In this document: one piece after another, positions 58,536-64,000 of the stretch | Layout: every line of letters begins with the position of its first letter | How positions within the stretch are numbered: position 1 is the stretch's first letter | Source: an uncultured Chloroflexia bacterium | GTDB taxonomy: Bacteria; Chloroflexota; Limnocylindria; Limnocylindrales; CSP1-4 | DNA length: 64,000 bases | Reading direction: 5' to 3' | Assembly: GCA_963835845.1 (NCBI GenBank) | Contig: CAWIGT010000009.1 | Span: 65,808-129,807 of the forward strand | Program-made: the position numbers and the translations under genes | Notes under the pieces: model-generated | What the model was told of the DNA's origin: nothing | The model's database searches: none | Seen by the model: the letters and a program-made list of their open reading frames with translations, nothing else

Positions 58536-61442
58536 TCAGCCGATCAGCTCCAGATTTGCGATGCTCGCCAGCAGGGTCTTGACGCCGCCGCCGTTCGAAA
58601 AGGCCACCGTGACTTCCTCATCGTTGCGTGTCAGTTTCGACGTCACCACGATGCCATCGCCGAGACGAGGGTGGCGGACGCGATCGCCGTCCCGGAATTG
58701 CCGCTCCCCGGGGATGCGGGGGCGGGCCGCGACGGCCGGCCGCAACGCAGGCGGAGATTCGGAGCCGGCGCGACGGGGCGGCAAGCCGCCGCCCGGCGAA
58801 CCGGGCACGTTCAGACTGCCGGACCGCGCCCCCAATTCGTAGGCTTCGCGGCGAGCACCCAGGTCGCGCGTCGGATGGAACGACTCCCCCGCCCTGGGGG
58901 CGCCGGGCTGGCCGCTGCCATTCCGATACGCTCCCCCGCCGGTTCGGATCGGCGTGCCGAACCGGCTGCCGAGCCGTCGCCCGAAGACCAGGTCCGGGTC
59001 CACCTGGCCCATGTCGTCGTCGAAGTCGTCGCCGCGCTCCAGGCGCGGGCCGGTCATGAGTTCGGCCGGTATCTCGAAGAGGAACCGGCTCGGAACCGAC
59101 AGGCCGCCCTGGCCCCAGGTGGCGCGTCGTGCCGCGTGGGAGAGGAACAGTCTCCGCTTTGCCCTCGTGATGCCGACGTAGGCCAGCCGCCGCTCTTCTT
59201 CCAGCTGCTTCTCGTCGTCGAGCGAGCGGCTATGCGGGAAGACGCCCTCCTCGAGGCCGGCGATGAACACGATCGGGAACTCGAGCCCCTTCGCGGCATG
59301 CAGCGTGATGAGCGTGACGGCGTCGGCGCCGGCCTGGTAGGAATCCTGGTCGGCCACGAGCGCGGTTTCCTCCAGGAACCGATCCAGTGCGTCATCCGGC
59401 GACAGGTCGTCGTAGCGGGTGGTGACGGAGCGCAGCTCGAGCAGGTTGGCCCAGCGCTCCTCTCCCTCCTCGGAGCCGTCGGCGAGCATCGCCCGGTAGC
59501 CGGATTCCTCCAGTACCGCGTCGAGCAGCTCCGGCAGGGCCAGGACCCCTATCCGGGAACGCAAGCGCTCCACAAGTGCGGCGAAACCGCCCAGTGCCGT
59601 TCTCGCCCGGGACCCGAGCGACTCGAGCCGCCCTTCGGCGCCGTCGACTATGGCACTCCAGTATGTCGGCCCCGCGGGCTCCGCGGGGCCAGCGGGCTGC
59701 GGCTCATCCACGGCCTCCGCCCCTCCCGCCGGACTCCCCGACCCTCCGGCGTCCGCGGCTTTCGCGGAGGCCGGCGCACCGCCCGTGGCGGCGACGGTGC
59801 CACCTCCGTCGCTCGGGCTGCCAGCCTGCCGAACCCCGGCCGCCGGGCGCCCAGCTGCTCCGGCACTGCCTTCGGGTCGAATCGTTCGCCCGCCGGCCGC
59901 CGCGACCCGCAGCTCTTCCAGGCTCTTCTCGCCGATCCCCCTCGCCGGCACATTGAGGATCCGCTCGAAGCTGACCTGGTCCGTGTCGTTGCGCAGGATG
60001 CGGAGGTAAGCCAGGGCATCCTTGACTTCACGGCGCTGGTAGAAGCGCGTTCCGCCGACCAGCTGGTAGCGAATGCTGTAGCGCAGGAACGCTTCTTCTA
60101 TGGCGCGGCTCTGGGCATTGGTCCGGTACATGACCGCAACGTCGCCGCGCTCCCAGGTTTCGGCGTCCTCGTCGGCTCGCCGTGTCAGCGCCGAGCTGCG
60201 GGCGCCGGTCAGCTCTTCGATCTGGCGCGCGATCCACTCCGCTTCCTCCTCCTCGTTGTAGGCCTCGAAGCGCGAGATCCGGCGGCCGCCGCTGTTGTCG
60301 GTCCAGAGCTTCTTGTCCTTGCGGGAGGAGTTGTGCGTGACGACGGCATGGGCGGCGTCCAGGATGAGCTGCGTGGAACGGTAGTTTTGCTCCAGCTTGA
60401 CCACGGTCGCGTCCGGATAGTCGCCTTCGAAATCAAGGATGTTGCGAATGTCGGCGCCACGCCAGGAATAGATGGATTGGTCGTCGTCCCCGACCACGCA
60501 CAGGTTGTGGTGGGCTCCCGCCAGGGCCTTGACCCACAGGTATTGGGGCCGGTTGGTGTCCTGATACTCGTCGACGTGGAGATAGCGCCAGCGGCCCTGG
60601 TATCGCTCCAGCGCAGACGGGGCATCGTGGAAGAGCCTGACCGCCTCCAGAAGCAGATCGTCGAAGTCGAGCGCGGCGGCGGCCTTGAGCCGAGCCTGAT
60701 AACGGCGGAAGAGGCGTCCGATCTCGCGCTCGCGATGGGTGTGAGCGTTGGCGGCGACGAACTCGGCGTCGAGCATCTCGTTCTTGGCCCGTGAGATGGC
60801 GCCCAGGATGGCGCTCGGCTTGTACTCGCCGGTCGTCGGCAGGTCCTCGTCGCGCAGGATCTGCTTCATCAGCGCCTGCTGGTCATCCGAGTCGTAGACG
60901 ACGAAATGCGGATCCAGCCCGATGGCCGGACCGTCGCGCCGGAGGACGCGAGCGCACAGGGCATGGAACGTACCCATGGCCACCTCGCGCCCGGCCTCGT
61001 CGCCGATGAGGCCCGTGATTCGGGCACGCAACTCCGACGCCGCCTTGTTGGTGAAGGTGACGGCAAGGATCTGCCACGGCCGGACGCCCTTGACGCCGAC
61101 CAGGTACGCGACGCGATGGGCCAGCACGCGCGTCTTGCCGCTGCCCGCGCCGGCCAGGATCAGGACCGGGCCGTCGGTCGTGCGAACGGCGCGCTGCTGC
61201 TCGGGGTTCAGCCGGGAGAGGATCCGCTCCGCCAGGGCCTCCGTCGCGGCCTGACGCTCGGCCAGGGCCACCGGCTCGGGCTCGAACGGCGATGGCTCCG
61301 GCGGTTCGAATTCGAGGCCCGTCGAACGCCTCGGGCGGCGCCTCGTCGGGCGGGGGTGGCTCGTCGGCGAAGGGCGGGGCGGCGGGTGGCGGCACCGCGT
61401 CCGGGGCGTCTTGGGCGGCCTGCGGCACCAAGTCGGGGGCAT
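58536..61442 (-). CDS. pcrA: ATP-dependent DNA helicase PcrA/UvrD (SF1A) with a low-complexity insertion and a Pro/Ala/Asp-rich N-terminus (start uncertain)
   Basis: Motifs: LNPEQQRAV, LILAGAGSGKT (Walker A), FTNKAA, LHVDEYQDTN, YRSTQ, TLHAAKGLEF, YVGITRA. The C-terminal Tudor-like segment is GDRVRHPRLGDGIVV. A Gly/Ala/Pro-rich insert of about 100 aa follows RILNVPARGIG. Confidence 0.9.
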   Translation of the reverse strand: MPPTWCRRPPKTPRTRCRHPPPRPSPTSHPRPTRRRPRRSTGLEFEPPEPSPFEPEPVALAERQAATEALAERILSRLNPEQQRAVRTTDGPVLILAGAGSGKTRVLAHRVAYLVGVKGVRPWQILAVTFTNKAASELRARITGLIGDEAGREVAMGTFHALCARVLRRDGPAIGLDPHFVVYDSDDQQALMKQILRDEDLPTTGEYKPSAILGAISRAKNEMLDAEFVAANAHTHREREIGRLFRRYQARLKAAAALDFDDLLLEAVRLFHDAPSALERYQGRWRYLHVDEYQDTNRPQYLWVKALAGAHHNLCVVGDDDQSIYSWRGADIRNILDFEGDYPDATVVKLEQNYRSTQLILDAAHAVVTHNSSRKDKKLWTDNSGGRRISRFEAYNEEEEAEWIARQIEELTGARSSALTRRADEDAETWERGDVAVMYRTNAQSRAIEEAFLRYSIRYQLVGGTRFYQRREVKDALAYLRILRNDTDQVSFERILNVPARGIGEKSLEELRVAAAGGRTIRPEGSAGAAGRPAAGVRQAGSPSDGGGTVAATGGAPASAKAADAGGSGSPAGGAEAVDEPQPAGPAEPAGPTYWSAIVDGAEGRLESLGSRARTALGGFAALVERLRSRIGVLALPELLDAVLEESGYRAMLADGSEEGEERWANLLELRSVTTRYDDLSPDDALDRFLEETALVADQDSYQAGADAVTLITLHAAKGLEFPIVFIAGLEEGVFPHSRSLDDEKQLEEERRLAYVGITRAKRRLFLSHAARRATWGQGGLSVPSRFLFEIPAELMTGPRLERGDDFDDDMGQVDPDLVFGRRLGSRFGTPIRTGGGAYRNGSGQPGAPRAGESFHPTRDLGARREAYELGARSGSLNVPGSPGGGLPPRRAGSESPPALRPAVAARPRIPGERQFRDGDRVRHPRLGDGIVVTSKLTRNDEEVTVAFSNGGGVKTLLASIANLELIG

Positions 61443-61627
61443 CCGGGGCGGCCTGCGGCACCTCGGCGGCGGGAGCGTCCCACCACGAACCCGGCGGCTC
61501 GGAAGCTGCCGGGCCGGATGCGCGTTGAGAACGGGCCTGCCGCCCGCGGCTTGGAGTTTGGCTCACCCGAGAATTGTATGGGCGCTGGATTTGGCCGGGC
61601 GTGCGGACCCCGGCCACTCCTCCGACG

Positions 61628-62674
61628 CTAGTACGACGCGATCGGCGTGTCGCTCGGGAGGTTGAACTGCTCGGGCGGCGGGCCCTCTATGAAGGGGACG
61701 TTGTTCCAGTTCGAGAGCTGCAGGCGGACCGCCGCTGCCCCCGCGCTGGGGTCGCTCGTCGAGAACTCCATCCGCTCGAGTTCGAAACTGTCCTGCGTGA
61801 TCCAGATATCCAGCTGACCGCTGCCCAGCGCCTGCACGACCTGGAGGCTCGAGAGGTTGGAATTGAGGGCGCTCTGGGAGACGCTCACGCGGATGTGGTA
61901 GGCCGGACCGCTGGGTTCCTGCTCGGTCCCAACCAACACCGGGCTGGACCCGGAGTCGTTGGCCACGGCCAGCATCTGCGTCACCACGTACAAAGGACCG
62001 CTCGACAGAGCCGGGTTGAACGGCAGCGTCGAGTCGTCCTCGAGTTGATACACGGTCTGGCCGTAGCCGCGGTAGTAGGCGTACGGATCGATGACGATCA
62101 ACTCGCCTGAGACGCCCGGGATGCCCGGCGCGCCACCGATGACGTGGGCCCGCTTGTTCGCAAAATCCACGTCGCCGTCGGCCACCGAACCCGTCAGGGC
62201 GACGGGCATGGCCGTATAGACGGGAGTCGGAGTGGGCGTCGGCGATGCGCTGGACTCGGGCGACGGACTGGGCGAAGGAGTAGGCGTCGGGGTGGGAGTC
62301 GGCGTGGGCGTCGGAGTTGCGGTAGGGCTGGCGCTGGCAGAAGCGTGGGCACTGGCCGACGATGACGCTCCGGCCGAGGGCGACGCAGAAGGCGATGCCG
62401 TCGGGGCGGCCGTGGGTGAAGCGCTGGCCGAGGCCTCAGGAGTCGGGCTGGGAGTAGCGGGCGGTTCCACGCCGATGATGAACTGGCCGCCCGCCTCGAG
62501 ATGGAAGTGGACGGAGTTCAGCTGAGAGAGCGTCGTCTGCGCCTTGCTCAGAATCTGCCGAGAGTCGGTCAGGGGCGCCGACGTGCATCCGGCTGCGACG
62601 AGCGCAATCACGGCGAGTAGGCCGGCGGCGGCGATGGCTAGCGACTTCCGACGATACACCTGAGTCCTCCACAC
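61628..62674 (-). CDS. LppX/LprAFG-like lipoprotein with a long Ala/Ser/Pro/Thr low-complexity insertion
   Basis: Lipobox AVIALVAAGCTS. Start of the fold: ILSKAQTTLSQLNSVHFHLEAGG. It is interrupted by about 100 aa of (AS)n/(PT)n, then resumes (GELIVIDPYAYYRG...YHIRVSV...LDIWITQDSFELERMEF). Confidence 0.65.
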   Translation of the reverse strand: MWRTQVYRRKSLAIAAAGLLAVIALVAAGCTSAPLTDSRQILSKAQTTLSQLNSVHFHLEAGGQFIIGVEPPATPSPTPEASASASPTAAPTASPSASPSAGASSSASAHASASASPTATPTPTPTPTPTPTPSPSPSPESSASPTPTPTPVYTAMPVALTGSVADGDVDFANKRAHVIGGAPGIPGVSGELIVIDPYAYYRGYGQTVYQLEDDSTLPFNPALSSGPLYVVTQMLAVANDSGSSPVLVGTEQEPSGPAYHIRVSVSQSALNSNLSSLQVVQALGSGQLDIWITQDSFELERMEFSTSDPSAGAAAVRLQLSNWNNVPFIEGPPPEQFNLPSDTPIASY

Positions 62675-62789
62675 GAGATGCCGGCAGGGCGATTTCTATA
62701 CCATCTCGATCGCCCGTGCAGGGCGCGGCCGCTCGCGGCGGCCTGTGGCAGTGTAACTGGACGGGCCGTCGGTGACCTGAAACTCCGGC

Positions 62790-63677
62790 TCAGCCGGCTT
62801 CGATCTCGCTGTCGGGCGGAGCCTGGATCTGGACGGACTGGCCGTACTTGGTCAGCGTGACCGTCACCTTGAGAGATCCCAGCGAGGTCGAGGTGGCCGA
62901 CAGGGCCAGCTTCGCCGGCTCGAGCCCATCGGAGTAGACCCAATAGTCGACCGGCGCCAGGTCGAAACCCAGGGCCTGGGTCGATGCGCCGCCGAGCATC
63001 TCCGCCATCTGTCGGAGCAGAACGTCCGCGGGGACAGTGGCGGAGACGTGATAGGCGTCGCGGCCGCCGACCGAGTCATGCCCCACCAGGGTCGCCGACG
63101 AGATGGCAGACCCAAGTTCCGTCCGGAGCTCTTCGATCGCGGCCGCCGGACTCAACGTGGCGATCGAGGCGGCCGCGCCCCCCGGAGCCGCGCTGGAGAG
63201 CGCCGGCACCTCGGCCTTCTGCTTGCTGTACTTGGGCCCAAAGGTGTTGATTCGGGTGTAAGTGAAGCCGTCGACTGCAATCAGGTCGACCTTCGTGCCG
63301 AATAGACTCGGGAAGGTCGCCGTCAGCTGAAGCGCTTGATTTCGAATGTCGACGTCGCCGGCGAACGTGGCGCCGTCGAGCTTCAGGTTCCCAGACAAGC
63401 CCAGGCTGGCGCCGGCCAGCGCGCTGAGTGCGGCGGCATTCACCGAACCGTCGACGGTACCTTCGACATGGACCGCCGAAGCCGCCGCCAGAGCCGTCAG
63501 GCTCCCGTTCACGATCTCTTGCGGGTTCGAGAGGGCCGGCGCAGAGGGGGCGGAAGAGCCGCAGCCGGCAACCCCGGCCGCCAGGACCAGCGCGCAGAGT
63601 GTCCGAGCCACGGGTAAATGCAGAGGACAAGTCAAGAGGAACCGCTCCCAGGCGGCCCTCGGCGTAAGTTTCGGCAT
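62790..63677 (-). CDS. LppX/LprAFG-like lipoprotein (paralog)
   Basis: Lipobox LVLAAGVAGCGS. Motifs: IVNGSLTALAAASAVHVEGTVDG, KVDLIAVDGFTYTR, YHVSATVPADVL, VDYWVYSDGLEPAKLAL, LKVTVTLTKYGQSVQIQAP. Confidence 0.7.
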   Translation of the reverse strand: MPKLTPRAAWERFLLTCPLHLPVARTLCALVLAAGVAGCGSSAPSAPALSNPQEIVNGSLTALAAASAVHVEGTVDGSVNAAALSALAGASLGLSGNLKLDGATFAGDVDIRNQALQLTATFPSLFGTKVDLIAVDGFTYTRINTFGPKYSKQKAEVPALSSAAPGGAAASIATLSPAAAIEELRTELGSAISSATLVGHDSVGGRDAYHVSATVPADVLLRQMAEMLGGASTQALGFDLAPVDYWVYSDGLEPAKLALSATSTSLGSLKVTVTLTKYGQSVQIQAPPDSEIEAG

Positions 63678-63802
63678 CCCTCAAGCCTGGCCACCAACTC
63701 ACCTGGTGTCAAACCCGCCTGAGCGTCACGTACCGAGGAACCCCGAGCGACGCCCGGGGTTCCTCATTCGGCGCCCGGAGCTTGCACTCCGGGATACGGA
63801 AC

Positions 63803-64000
63803 CTACTGAGCGGCCTGAACCTCGCTGGCAGGCGGCGCCGTGACCGTCACCGGCTGGTCGTAGGCCGACACCGTCAACATGAGATCGACGTTTCCTATGG
63901 CGGACGAGGCGGCCTTGGCCTCGAACTGAGCCAGGCGGTTGTTGGACTTGTAGATCCAGAAGTCGACCGAGGCAGAGTCGATCTTCATACCGGGCGCCGC
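63803..64000 (-). CDS. LppX/LprAFG-like lipoprotein, C-terminal part only (gene continues past the window end)
   Basis: ..MKIDSASVDFWIYKSNNRLAQFEAKAASSAIGNVDLMLTVSAYDQPVTVTAPP.. is collinear with the C-termini of the two upstream paralogs (VDYWVYSDG...VTVTLTKYGQSVQIQAPP). Confidence 0.55.
   Translation of the reverse strand, partial: AAPGMKIDSASVDFWIYKSNNRLAQFEAKAASSAIGNVDLMLTVSAYDQPVTVTAPPASEVQAAQ

Overview
This is a very GC-rich bacterial chromosomal segment, and almost all real genes lie on the minus strand. The many long plus-strand ORFs are Arg/Gly/Pro-rich antisense artefacts of the GC content.

Housekeeping genes present:
- polA, dnaE, gatC-gatA-(aminotransferase)-gatB, ligA and pcrA.
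- One tRNA-Leu(CAA).
- An ECF sigma/anti-sigma pair.
- A TetR/MFS divergent pair with a perfect palindromic operator.

Cell-envelope content is large:
- Three tandem LCP (LytR-CpsA-Psr) paralogs that all end in G-rich-LSC followed by a TAG stop.
- Three tandem LprG/LppX-like lipoproteins.
- A locus of about 22 kb (36.2-58.3 kb) with GT4, a six-hairpin-like protein, GH130, a membrane GT2, an exosortase-EpsI fusion, a small secreted protein with a PEP-CTERM-like 'VPEAP' tail, three multidomain secreted proteins (about 740 to 1700 aa) built from a repeated ConA/LamG-like module, a GH5-like hydrolase and a GT-C glycosyltransferase.

The most interesting candidate system is the exosortase with its adjacent single candidate substrate and translationally coupled GT2. 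It sits in a genome context that otherwise looks monoderm-like (LCP ligases, LprG-type lipoproteins).

A second striking property is frame disruption. Several genes that are normally essential (polA, gatA, ligA), plus an aminotransferase and an alpha/beta hydrolase, are broken by clustered 1-bp frameshifts. Neighbouring genes of 4-5 kb are intact. This points to local assembly indels rather than biology, but it needs checking.

A small decay locus (23.5-24.4 kb) holds an IS3-family transposase remnant with its terminal repeat abutting a truncated parvulin-like gene. I saw no CRISPR array, rRNA or prophage.
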